From the IMG/VR virus record IMGVR_UViG_3300031673_008321: a stretch of DNA of 64,000 bases; one strand, given 5' to 3'. The DNA is from an uncultured virus (IMG/VR IMGVR_UViG_3300031673_008321) (lineage: Duplodnaviria; Heunggongvirae; Uroviricota; Caudoviricetes). The notes beneath the pieces were generated by a model. The model was not told the DNA's origin. It was given only the letters and a program-made list of their open reading frames with translations, and did not search any database. Below, piece after piece: positions 49,855 to 58,146 of this stretch (its first letter is position 1; each line of letters opens with the position of its first letter). The translations under genes were made by a program, and so were the position numbers.

Positions 49855-49877
49855 ATAGTTAAAGCAGGTGAGAAAGT

Positions 49878-50111
49878 ATGGGTAATGGCAATTATGCTAT
49901 TCCCACTACATTCCGCTGTTTTAGATGCGGTAAAACGTGGGGTGATGGTCCAGATATAGGCAGTTATGGATTATGTATTGAATGTTTTGCTGAGTGGGCT
50001 AAAACAAGATCCGATTGTTTTGGTGTGGAGCCCTACGCATCTAAGAAACATTGCTCACTTCATAAATATTGTAAGGAGTATTATGAATTTAAACAGAATT
50101 TATTGCGGTGA
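49878..50111 (+). CDS. Small Cys-rich protein
   Basis: CFRC, CIEC; AGGTG RBS. Confidence 0.6.
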   Translation: MGNGNYAIPTTFRCFRCGKTWGDGPDIGSYGLCIECFAEWAKTRSDCFGVEPYASKKHCSLHKYCKEYYEFKQNLLR

Positions 50112-50925
50112 TTGCCGTAATATGGATAAAATAGATGATAGTTCAGTTCATTTAACTGTTGGATCGCCACCATATGCAGTAAATAAAAAGTATGAATCTT
50201 ATATAAAATCGTTGGGAGATCATCTACAATTATTATATGATGCATATAAAGAAGTGGTACGTGTTACGGTGCCTGGCGGTAAAATATGTGTAAATGTAGG
50301 TGACATTGCTGTAGGATCTAACTATAACGATGGATTTCCAGAAGAAATAATGGTAATTCCTAGATTAGTAGATTATCTTAGGACTATTGACACATACTTA
50401 TATGGAAGAGCTGTATGGCTTAAGGATTCGCCATGGGCGAATAGTAGTCATGTATCATTTCATGATAAAGTTCAGCATGCGGAGTATAGGTTTTTGCCTT
50501 CATGGGAATATTTATTTGTTTTTAGGAAAGGCAAAGAAGCTCGTAGGGACAGGTCCCCAGTAGATGGTCGGTGGATAGATAAACATAAAGAGTGGAAACA
50601 GTGGGTCAATGGTCAGTGGCAAATCAGGTCGGTACAACAAAATAAGTACCATGAAGCAGCTTTTCCGGAAGAACTGGTTTACAGAGTAGTAAAACTTTAT
50701 AGCTTTCCAGGCGATGTTGTGTTGGATAACTGGATGGGGAGTGGGACTGTAGCCGCAGTGGCTAAAAAACTTGGTAGAAATTATCTTGGATATGAATTAA
50801 AGAAGGAGTATGTTAAGTTGGCTGAAAATAGACTTGCGAATATAACAGATGATATGGTAGAAGAACCTAAACCTTATAAAGATAAAACTGCTAATAAAAG
50901 AGAATGTCAGGAGATACTATTTTAA
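50083..50925 (+). CDS. Beta-class DNA methyltransferase (SPPY)
   Basis: GDC, GSPPY, HEAAFPEEL, LDNWMGSGT; AAGGAG RBS; ends in QEILF. Confidence 0.9.
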   Translation: MNLNRIYCGDCRNMDKIDDSSVHLTVGSPPYAVNKKYESYIKSLGDHLQLLYDAYKEVVRVTVPGGKICVNVGDIAVGSNYNDGFPEEIMVIPRLVDYLRTIDTYLYGRAVWLKDSPWANSSHVSFHDKVQHAEYRFLPSWEYLFVFRKGKEARRDRSPVDGRWIDKHKEWKQWVNGQWQIRSVQQNKYHEAAFPEELVYRVVKLYSFPGDVVLDNWMGSGTVAAVAKKLGRNYLGYELKKEYVKLAENRLANITDDMVEEPKPYKDKTANKRECQEILF

Positions 50926-51113
50926 TGGAGTATCCATGCGGTTGCTCAGCAATGAAATGGATGATGGGTAATAACGATGTGTTTAGAAAAGAAGAAGGCC
51001 ATTGGATATTGTCATGGATGGAGTTAGATAAAACTAATAAAGGAACTAACATCGAGAGATTCGGTGTAAAGTTTGATCATTGTATGTTTTGCGGGAAAAA
51101 GATAAAAGGATAG
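50925..51113 (+). CDS. Small hypothetical protein
   Basis: AGGAG RBS; CMFCG near the C-terminus. Confidence 0.6.
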   Translation: MEYPCGCSAMKWMMGNNDVFRKEEGHWILSWMELDKTNKGTNIERFGVKFDHCMFCGKKIKG

Positions 51114-51144
51114 GAATAAAAAAATGAATTTAGGAGGATTTACT

Positions 51145-51609
51145 ATGTTTGGAATGAACAGGACAAGAAGTAGGTTGGAAAAGGGATTGAGCTATATGGC
51201 TCAAGGGAAGTTCAAAGCGGCTCTTAAGAATTTTGAAGCCGCTGTAAGAAGTAGAGAAGGTTCTAATTTGGAACGAGATGCTTCTGCATGGTGGATGGTT
51301 AATACTGCTAAGTATCGTAGAGAGTGGAAGAAACGCAGGTATGGTAATGCCAATTTGTTTTGGTATGATGGTGCGGACAATGCTGGGCAGGCTTGGTCAG
51401 ATGTGGAAATTGCTGCTGTGTTATTTACTCCTGATACTAAAAAGATGAATGACTATCTAGCTAAATTTTTGGGCAGAAGTTCTGAAGCTATTAGATTTCA
51501 AAGACGTTACGCTAATGGACGTACACTTAAGTCCTGGCGGGCTGAAAGTGGGGAGCGTTATACAAGATTTACTCAGACACAACATGTAAAAAATAGGCTT
51601 GGTGTTTAA
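51145..51609 (+). CDS. Hypothetical basic protein
   Basis: AGGAGG RBS before the ATG at 51145. Confidence 0.65.
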   Translation: MFGMNRTRSRLEKGLSYMAQGKFKAALKNFEAAVRSREGSNLERDASAWWMVNTAKYRREWKKRRYGNANLFWYDGADNAGQAWSDVEIAAVLFTPDTKKMNDYLAKFLGRSSEAIRFQRRYANGRTLKSWRAESGERYTRFTQTQHVKNRLGV

Positions 51610-51615
51610 TAGCAC

Positions 51616-51719
51616 CAACACTCTATTGCAGCTGGAACACATTGGTATTATAGCGTCCTAACAATTTACGTTAATGTGAAAAGCTGCTCACGTTATCGTT
51701 TGTGTTCCGCAGAGTGTTG
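51616..51719 (+). ncRNA. Candidate structured RNA with a pseudoknot
   Basis: P1 CAACACTCT/AGAGTGTTG, P2 GGAACACA/TGTGTTCC, hairpin TAATGTGA/TCACGTTA whose loop AGCTGC is complementary to the bulge GCAGCT. Confidence 0.6.
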
Positions 51720-51727
51720 TCTATATA

Positions 51728-51776
51728 GGTATGGTGAGGGCTCCTATCCACTCACCATATCAAACTTGAGGGAGCT
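51728..51776 (+). promoter_or_regulatory. Hairpin whose loop can pair with the downstream RBS (H-type pseudoknot)
   Basis: Stem ATGGTGAG/CTCACCAT; loop GGCTCCT is complementary to GGGAGCT immediately before the ATG at 51777. Confidence 0.5.
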
Positions 51777-52133
51777 ATGAGAGATAAAAATATTTTGGTG
51801 GTAGATTATATAACAGATAGAGTTATATTTTTTATAGAGAGATTTGGACACCAAAATTTAGACATTACTGAAAATTCCAACGACGCTGTTAGATATATGA
51901 TTGAGAATTTTTATGATTATTTGTTTTTAGCTGGTGAGTTAGGCAAGTATGGTGGAAATTGTATAGATGTTGCAGAATTTTTAGTCGGTCATAAAGGTAA
52001 TCCTAACTATGATTCTATTATAATTATTCACAGTCAGGAGCTTGCATCTGCGACCAAGTTAGTTAAGTTATTGCCAGAGGCTAAATATTTTCCTTTTAGT
52101 GAGGGGCAGTTTAGTACTTTGTTTAATATATAA
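51777..52133 (+). CDS. Stand-alone receiver-fold protein resembling cyclic-phosphate-processing receiver domains, with degenerate motifs
   Basis: ILVVD...R, YDYLFLAGELG (family pattern DHDLG), DVAEFL, IIIHS. Confidence 0.6.
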   Translation: MRDKNILVVDYITDRVIFFIERFGHQNLDITENSNDAVRYMIENFYDYLFLAGELGKYGGNCIDVAEFLVGHKGNPNYDSIIIIHSQELASATKLVKLLPEAKYFPFSEGQFSTLFNI

Positions 52134-52145
52134 TTTGGGTTTATT

Positions 52146-52424
52146 ATGAAATGTGAATTATGTGGTAGAGAAATTGTGGAAGGGTATGAAAGTAATCACC
52201 ATTTGATACCAAAATCTAACGGCGGTTCGCATGAGCCTACCACCGTTTTGCATTCGGTGTGCCATAAACAAATTCATGCGTTGTTCACGAACAAAGAGTT
52301 GTGTGTTTATGACACTGTAAGTAAGTTGAAAGCGCACAGAGATGTGAAGAGATTTGTCAAATGGGTAGGTAAAAAACCTATAAATTTTGACTCAAAAACG
52401 AAAATTAGGAAGAAAAATAGGTAA
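52146..52424 (+). CDS. Small HNH nuclease
   Basis: CELCGR...HHLIPKS.GG...CHKQIHALFTNKEL. Confidence 0.8.
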   Translation: MKCELCGREIVEGYESNHHLIPKSNGGSHEPTTVLHSVCHKQIHALFTNKELCVYDTVSKLKAHRDVKRFVKWVGKKPINFDSKTKIRKKNR

Positions 52425-52430
52425 TTTATC

Positions 52431-52458
52431 TAGCAAAAGGGTAGAATTATTCTATAAT
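52431..52458 (+). promoter_or_regulatory. Phage promoter motif copy 6, upstream of the restriction-modification pair
   Basis: TTTATCTAGCAAAAGGGTAGAATTATTCTATAATA, 16-nt spacer. Confidence 0.78.
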
Positions 52459-52466
52459 ACGTATAT

Positions 52467-53375
52467 ATGAATATTAGAACTGAAATATTATTAGGTGACT
52501 GTTTGGGTGTTTTAAAAGATTATCCAGACGAAAAATTTAATTTAATAGTTACGTCTCCTCCTTATGCCGATAGCCGTAGTAAAACATATGGTGGTGTACA
52601 TCCAGATAAATATGTAGAGTGGTTTATGCCGTATGGAAAAGAGCTTTTTAGGGTACTTGATACAAAAGGTACTTTCGTATTAAATTTAAAAGAAAAAGTT
52701 GTGAATGGGGAACGGCATACTTATGTGTTAAATTTAATAATAGCTCTCAAAAAAGCTGGTTGGTTATGGACAGAGGAATTTATTTGGCATAAGAAAAATT
52801 GTTATCCAGGAAAGTGGCCTAATAGGTTTAGAGATGCGTGGGAGAGGTGTTTACAATTCAATAAAATTAAACATTTTAACATGTATCAGGAAGAAGTTAT
52901 GATACCTATAGGTAGTTGGTCTGTTCCCAGATTTAAGTGTTTAAGTGAAACAGACAAAATTCGAGATGAATCAGAGGTAGGTAGTGGCTTTGGCAAAAAT
53001 GTTTCTAATTGGGTTGACAGAGAGTTGGTGTACCCTACTAATGTATTACACTTACCTACTGAAACCGGTAATAAGAAGCACAGTGCTGTGTTTCCCACTG
53101 CTTTACCGGAATGGTTTATAAAATTGTTTAGTAAGAAAGGCGATTGGGTATTAGATCCTTTTGTGGGTTCTGGCACTACGTGTGCGGTTGCAAAATATTT
53201 GAATAGGAATTCAATAGGTATAGATAATTTAAGCGAAAATGTTGAAGAGGCTAAGAAACGTGTAAATATTGATCACAAATTTTTTATTGAGGAAAAAACA
53301 ATTATTACTAATAAAGACACTTCAATTGATATTTTTGACGAATGGGAAAGGATTTCAAAAAATGGAAATAAATGA
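52467..53375 (+). CDS. Beta-class DNA methyltransferase (SPPY, likely N4-cytosine), partner of the adjacent endonuclease
   Basis: GDCL, TSPPY, GKWPNRFRDAWE, HSAVFP, LDPFVGSGT. Confidence 0.92.
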   Translation: MNIRTEILLGDCLGVLKDYPDEKFNLIVTSPPYADSRSKTYGGVHPDKYVEWFMPYGKELFRVLDTKGTFVLNLKEKVVNGERHTYVLNLIIALKKAGWLWTEEFIWHKKNCYPGKWPNRFRDAWERCLQFNKIKHFNMYQEEVMIPIGSWSVPRFKCLSETDKIRDESEVGSGFGKNVSNWVDRELVYPTNVLHLPTETGNKKHSAVFPTALPEWFIKLFSKKGDWVLDPFVGSGTTCAVAKYLNRNSIGIDNLSENVEEAKKRVNIDHKFFIEEKTIITNKDTSIDIFDEWERISKNGNK

Positions 53376-54105
53376 ATTAGGGTTGAAAAAGTGTATTAAC
53401 CAAAGTTTAAATAGATGTTTGGATAGGTTTGAGGCGGTTGAAATAGATATCAGTAAACGTATTAAAAAGATTAATCCTTATTTAATGGCCGCTATTCCTA
53501 CTGATACAGATACGATTCTTAGAAATAATGTCATAACTTTTTTACAAAGGAGTTTAGAAACTATTTTTGGCAGCCTAATAGAAGATATAATAGAGTTTGT
53601 TTTAAACGAACGGGATGTTGAGTTTAGTAAGAAGCCAAATGAAGCAGGAGGCAACGCGGATTTTATTTACAAAGATGGTCTCGGTTTTACTATCTATATG
53701 CCTGTAAAATCTAGCCCTTACTGGGGCAATAGTAGCCAGTATGCAAGTATGAATAGAGATTTTGCTGAGTTTAAAAAATCACATCCAGATGAAAAATTAA
53801 AACTTGTAAATTTTTGTGCTTATGGTAAAGAGCATGGTAAAAATAAAAAGTGTGGTCAAAGAGCTTGGTATTTTGTTTCTAACGGTGACAATGAACTTTA
53901 TTTAAAAATAATTAGGTGTATTTCCTCTTTAAAAGCGGAGTCTGTTTGTGATAGGATAGAAAATAATTTGATAAATAAATTTATTGTAGAATTTAAAAAG
54001 TATTTTTGTAAAGAAGATGAGGTATTGTGGGAAGAGGTTCTTAAATATAATGCGTGCCCTGCTTATGGGAATTTGAATTCGTTATTTCAAGATAAAATAT
54101 TTTAA
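53362..54105 (+). CDS. Type II restriction endonuclease, PmeII-like
   Basis: NPYL, ETIFG, D...VKS.PYWGNSSQ, CAYGK, CGQRAW; overlaps the end of the methyltransferase gene. Confidence 0.72.
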   Translation: MEINELGLKKCINQSLNRCLDRFEAVEIDISKRIKKINPYLMAAIPTDTDTILRNNVITFLQRSLETIFGSLIEDIIEFVLNERDVEFSKKPNEAGGNADFIYKDGLGFTIYMPVKSSPYWGNSSQYASMNRDFAEFKKSHPDEKLKLVNFCAYGKEHGKNKKCGQRAWYFVSNGDNELYLKIIRCISSLKAESVCDRIENNLINKFIVEFKKYFCKEDEVLWEEVLKYNACPAYGNLNSLFQDKIF

Positions 54106-54124
54106 AGGAAAAGGAGAATAAAGT

Positions 54125-54601
54125 ATGGGAAGATATTATGAAGCAGATGCAGTAGTTTATAATTTGATGGATGAGATAGTACATGAGCGGTTTGGGAACA
54201 CACTTAGTGCAGCAACCATCAAAATTCTAATGGATAGTAAGACTAGAATAGATAAACTTACTAACAGAATGACTTTTGCATCTATTAAAAGTGCCAGTGT
54301 GGTAGAAAAGTTTTTAAGCAAGGACGGTCATAATTTAGAAGGTATTGATTATATTATCTTTTTATCGGATTTGGTGTGGGAACTTGCTAATGATAAGGAT
54401 AAAAAGAGGATAATGTCTCATGAACTAAGGCATGCATTTTTGGACGAGAAAGGTAATTACAAAATAGTTCGGCATGATATAGAAGATTTTTATGAAGAAG
54501 TCCAGTTGAACGAAGACGATCCTATGTGGGGTCAAGCACTTAGCACTGTAGCGATAGCAAAGGTAGATCAAATGAAAGCTGAAGCAAAGGCTAATAAATA
54601 G
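54125..54601 (+). CDS. Putative phage metallopeptidase
   Basis: HELRH (HExxH) followed by HDIEDF. Confidence 0.75.
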   Translation: MGRYYEADAVVYNLMDEIVHERFGNTLSAATIKILMDSKTRIDKLTNRMTFASIKSASVVEKFLSKDGHNLEGIDYIIFLSDLVWELANDKDKKRIMSHELRHAFLDEKGNYKIVRHDIEDFYEEVQLNEDDPMWGQALSTVAIAKVDQMKAEAKANK

Positions 54602-54610
54602 GGGGTTTTT

Positions 54611-54865
54611 ATGTCAAACAAAGGATTTACAGGTAAAGAAAAGATGTTAATAGATTGGATGTCTGTGCGTAACGCTATTCTTTTAGCAGACACCGGTGAA
54701 ATGAAAGTTACATATCATAAAAATGAGTTTGCTGGTGGTGGCATCGTAGGTTTAGTGGTAGAGTTGGTATTAAACTACAACGATCTTATGAAGCCAGATT
54801 TTACTAAGAATGAAAAAGCTGCCATTGATGCTGCAAAAAAGCAAAAAGAGCAAGAGAAGGTCTAA
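54611..54865 (+). CDS. Hypothetical protein
   Basis: GGGGG RBS. Confidence 0.6.
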   Translation: MSNKGFTGKEKMLIDWMSVRNAILLADTGEMKVTYHKNEFAGGGIVGLVVELVLNYNDLMKPDFTKNEKAAIDAAKKQKEQEKV

Positions 54866-54877
54866 GATTTATTTGTT

Positions 54878-55624
54878 ATGATGTATTTGAAAACACCACA
54901 TCAGATAGACCGTATTGAATATGTTAATAAATTAGGCACAGAATTTCTAAAAATATGCTATGATTATATTAAATCAGGCATATCTACATTTGAATTAGAG
55001 GAATTATCTATACAGTTTTGTGAAAAGAATAAAGTTAAACCATCTTTTTATAAGTATCGTGGGTTTCCTCATCGGTTATGTGTGTCTATAAATGACGAAA
55101 TTGTGCATGGATTTCCTAGTAGTTATGTAGTTAAAGACGGGGACATTATAAGTGTGGATTTTGGTGTAGAGAAGGATGGTTACTTTAGTGACGCTGCGTT
55201 TACTAAGACAGTAGGTAAAGTTCCTAGTAACACCAAAAAATTAGTGGAAATCACTGAAGAGTGTTTGTATAAAGGTATTGAGCAAGCCGTCCCCGGGAAT
55301 AGGCTGTTTGATATTTCTAGGGCAATTCAATTATATGCTGCTCAACATAATTTTGATACAGTGCGTGAATTTGTAGGCCACGGTGTGGGGTTAAAGGTAC
55401 ATGAACCGCCCCAAGTTCCTAACTATGTATCTATAGGAACAAATTGGAAATTAAGACCTGGAATGGTGTTGGCTATTGAACCCATGCTAGTCGAAGGTAG
55501 TTATGGGATAAAAACTCACTATAATGGATGGACTATTTTTACTGCGGACGGGAAAATGGCTGCACATTTTGAACATTCTATAGCTATCTTGGAGACTGGT
55601 CCTAAAATATTAAGCAAATTATAG
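54878..55624 (+). CDS. map: Methionine aminopeptidase, type I
   Basis: CVSINDEIVHG, VDFG, SDAA, GHGVG..VHEPP, AIEPM, AHFEH. Confidence 0.96.
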   Translation: MMYLKTPHQIDRIEYVNKLGTEFLKICYDYIKSGISTFELEELSIQFCEKNKVKPSFYKYRGFPHRLCVSINDEIVHGFPSSYVVKDGDIISVDFGVEKDGYFSDAAFTKTVGKVPSNTKKLVEITEECLYKGIEQAVPGNRLFDISRAIQLYAAQHNFDTVREFVGHGVGLKVHEPPQVPNYVSIGTNWKLRPGMVLAIEPMLVEGSYGIKTHYNGWTIFTADGKMAAHFEHSIAILETGPKILSKL

Positions 55625-55637
55625 GGGGAAATGTAAG

Positions 55638-56075
55638 ATGATGTCGTTAAAGGAAGCAATAGCAGAAGTAAATAAAGCTGTTAAACATGCAAATGAAGTA
55701 GCAAAAAAGCTTACTACTAAAGACAGAAAGGCTTTAAAATCTACTACATTTTGTGGACCTAATAGAAGTTTTCCTGTTCCAGATTGTAAGCATGTTGGTA
55801 CAGCGAAAGCTTATTTGAACAGATCAAAATTTTCTGGGGCGACTAAGAAAAGAATAGCTGCTTGTATTAATCGAAAGGCTAAAGCATTAGGATGTACTCC
55901 CGGTAAACCTGCTAAGGCTAAAGGGGCTGTTGAGTATTCTTTTGATAACCTGCCAGAAGATCTTAAAAAATTGGCTGATAGTAAAATTTTTAAAACTACG
56001 AAAGAATTAGTAGAATCTTCTATTGAAAATGAAGGTATGGAGTTGGACTTTGTTGGTTGTAAAGATTGCGAATAA
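55638..56075 (+). CDS. Hypothetical basic protein with FCGP.RSFP.PD..H motif
   Basis: GGGG RBS; function not assignable from sequence. Confidence 0.7.
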   Translation: MMSLKEAIAEVNKAVKHANEVAKKLTTKDRKALKSTTFCGPNRSFPVPDCKHVGTAKAYLNRSKFSGATKKRIAACINRKAKALGCTPGKPAKAKGAVEYSFDNLPEDLKKLADSKIFKTTKELVESSIENEGMELDFVGCKDCE

Positions 56076-56093
56076 TTTTTAGGGGTATATAAA

Positions 56094-56549
56094 ATGGCAT
56101 GCGAAAATAATGAGTTGGCCGCAATTTTATTTAAAGCGGTGCAAGCTGGTATTGTTGTGGTGGACGCTAATACTAAAACTATAATAGATATTAATCCCGC
56201 TGCATCTTTTATGATAGGTGTTTCTAGGGAAGAAGTTATAGGAAAACTATGTAAAGAATATTTATGTGCGGAAGATTGTGACGGGTGCCCTATAATGACT
56301 GCTAATTTAGCAGAAGGGATTGAAGATGTAGAGAATAAAGAAATAGTTTTACACCGAAAGGACGGTTCAAAAGTATATGCATTACTAACTATAAATAGCA
56401 CCATTTTAGATGGCAGGCGCCTGTTTATAAATAGTCTTATCGATATTACTAAACAAAAAGAAGCGGAGATGCAGCTGAAATCGCATTGGGATCATGCTGA
56501 AAAGTTATTATCTGATAACGTAGTGCGACTAAAAAACGGGGTGATCTAA
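56094..56549 (+). CDS. Stand-alone PAS-domain protein
   Basis: GIVVVD...INPAA...G..REEVIG, RKDGS, DITKQK. Confidence 0.85.
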   Translation: MACENNELAAILFKAVQAGIVVVDANTKTIIDINPAASFMIGVSREEVIGKLCKEYLCAEDCDGCPIMTANLAEGIEDVENKEIVLHRKDGSKVYALLTINSTILDGRRLFINSLIDITKQKEAEMQLKSHWDHAEKLLSDNVVRLKNGVI

Positions 56550-56975
56550 ATGGCAGAAAATGGTGATAGCGTTCTCAAAGTTGTTCAGCTATTTATTGAC
56601 AATATTAACGAATCCACTAAAAGCACAGCTAAAGAATTAGATAAACTTAGCGGTCAGGTGGATAGTGTTAAAACTAAAATTAATACGCCGCCAAGAAATG
56701 AAGAACTGTTTTCACAGATACAGGGCGTGGAAGGTAAAGTCAATACTATTACGACTAATTTAACAACTATAAATACCTCTATAAAGTCTATGATCATATC
56801 TGTTAGAGTAGCAGCAATTGTAATGGGTTTTGCTATTATCATTGCAGCCGGTGTCACACAATGTGGCAAATATATAGAAAATAGAAGTATAAAACAAGAA
56901 ATTGATAAGTATTTGATATACAAGGATAAGGAGAAACAAGATGGAATTACATCAAGAACAGATGGACAGGATTAA
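56550..56975 (+). CDS. Coiled-coil protein with one C-proximal transmembrane helix
   Basis: Heptad-like N-terminal region; hydrophobic VAAIVMGFAIIIAAGV. Confidence 0.7.
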   Translation: MAENGDSVLKVVQLFIDNINESTKSTAKELDKLSGQVDSVKTKINTPPRNEELFSQIQGVEGKVNTITTNLTTINTSIKSMIISVRVAAIVMGFAIIIAAGVTQCGKYIENRSIKQEIDKYLIYKDKEKQDGITSRTDGQD

Positions 56976-57252
56976 GGTAGAGTCTTATAAAGACTGCATT
57001 TGGTATGTGTCGGGCATTGATAGGTGTAAATTGCCTGGTATACTTGGAGAAAGGTATTCAGAATGTTCTTGTAAAGAATGTAAGCTAGACGAGTTTTGTA
57101 TTTGGATTACTAAATTTTTGAAATCAGCGCCTAAAGATATAGATGTTGATAACTATACATCCGAATATTTACCAATAATTAATGATGATGGTATAGATGA
57201 AGCTTTACTTGTTAGTATGTTAGATAAAGTTTTTAATAGTAATAACGCTTAA
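56941..57252 (+). CDS. Hypothetical Cys-containing protein
   Basis: AAGGAG RBS. Confidence 0.6.
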   Translation: MELHQEQMDRIKVESYKDCIWYVSGIDRCKLPGILGERYSECSCKECKLDEFCIWITKFLKSAPKDIDVDNYTSEYLPIINDDGIDEALLVSMLDKVFNSNNA

Positions 57253-57314
57253 GACCTGTTGAGTTATTGCCGGTTGCAGGCACGGCGAATAAATGACCTA
57301 GGAGGGTTAAGATT

Positions 57315-58082
57315 ATGTATAAGGATAAGTTTGTTTTGTCTGTCATACACGATGGACACCCAGTCAAAGAGACTGGATATAGAGGGAGTAAAGAAGTTGC
57401 TGTTCCCTTTGATAGCGAATATAAAATTCGCTTGAAGAACAAGAACGACATATCTTGCACGGCGAGAGTGCTTATTGATGGTAAGAAAGTTAGTCAGTTA
57501 GGAGATGTTATTGTCACCGCTGGGGGTACCATTGATTTAGAGCGGTACATTGACCGTTCGTTAGAGCAAGGAAAAAGATTTAAATTTGTTCCATTGGATA
57601 ATTCTGATGTGGATGACCCCACCTCTTCAAGTAATGGTGTTATCGAGGTTGAGTTTAGAAAAGCCAAGCATCAGAATGGTATAAAAATTGATTATGATTG
57701 GCGCGATTTTGCTTGGACTCCCCCATATAAGGAAGATAATAATGGGCCTACATGGACATTTAGTGGTGATTGTGGTGGTACTACAGCTGGGGATATGGGC
57801 GATTCGGTGCAATGTTATAGTGCCGGCTGCGAACTTGGCAAGCTTAAGTCTTCTAGATCTTTTGTATCGGCTGGAGCCACTGTAGAAGGAAGTAAATCAA
57901 ATCAACAATTTACATATTCTAGTTTAGAGGTAGAAGATTATGCTGTAGTATTGAAATTGAAGATTGTAGGTATAGAAAAGAGGGATACAATGCGTGATAC
58001 TGAATATAAATACTGCATTCAGTGTGGTAAAAGAGTAAAGCGCGTTGCTAAATATTGCTCAGAATGTGGGCGTAGGATATAA
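57315..58082 (+). CDS. Phage-type hypothetical protein with C-terminal double zinc ribbon
   Basis: PFDSEY.IRLKN, IDGK, G.IEVEF, G.TVEGS.S.QQF, CIQCG...CSECG; AGGAGG RBS. Confidence 0.75.
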   Translation: MYKDKFVLSVIHDGHPVKETGYRGSKEVAVPFDSEYKIRLKNKNDISCTARVLIDGKKVSQLGDVIVTAGGTIDLERYIDRSLEQGKRFKFVPLDNSDVDDPTSSSNGVIEVEFRKAKHQNGIKIDYDWRDFAWTPPYKEDNNGPTWTFSGDCGGTTAGDMGDSVQCYSAGCELGKLKSSRSFVSAGATVEGSKSNQQFTYSSLEVEDYAVVLKLKIVGIEKRDTMRDTEYKYCIQCGKRVKRVAKYCSECGRRI

Positions 58083-58088
58083 CACTAC

Positions 58089-58123
58089 ATGCTCCGATCG
58101 TTACGATGGTCGGGGCATTTTTT
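58089..58123 (+). terminator. Intrinsic terminator
   Basis: ATGCTCCGATCGT-TACG-ATGGTCGGGGCAT, a 13-bp stem with G-U pairs followed by a T-tract, just after the stop at 58082. Confidence 0.75.
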
Positions 58124-58146
58124 ATCCATTTTATCGTGGTTTTATC

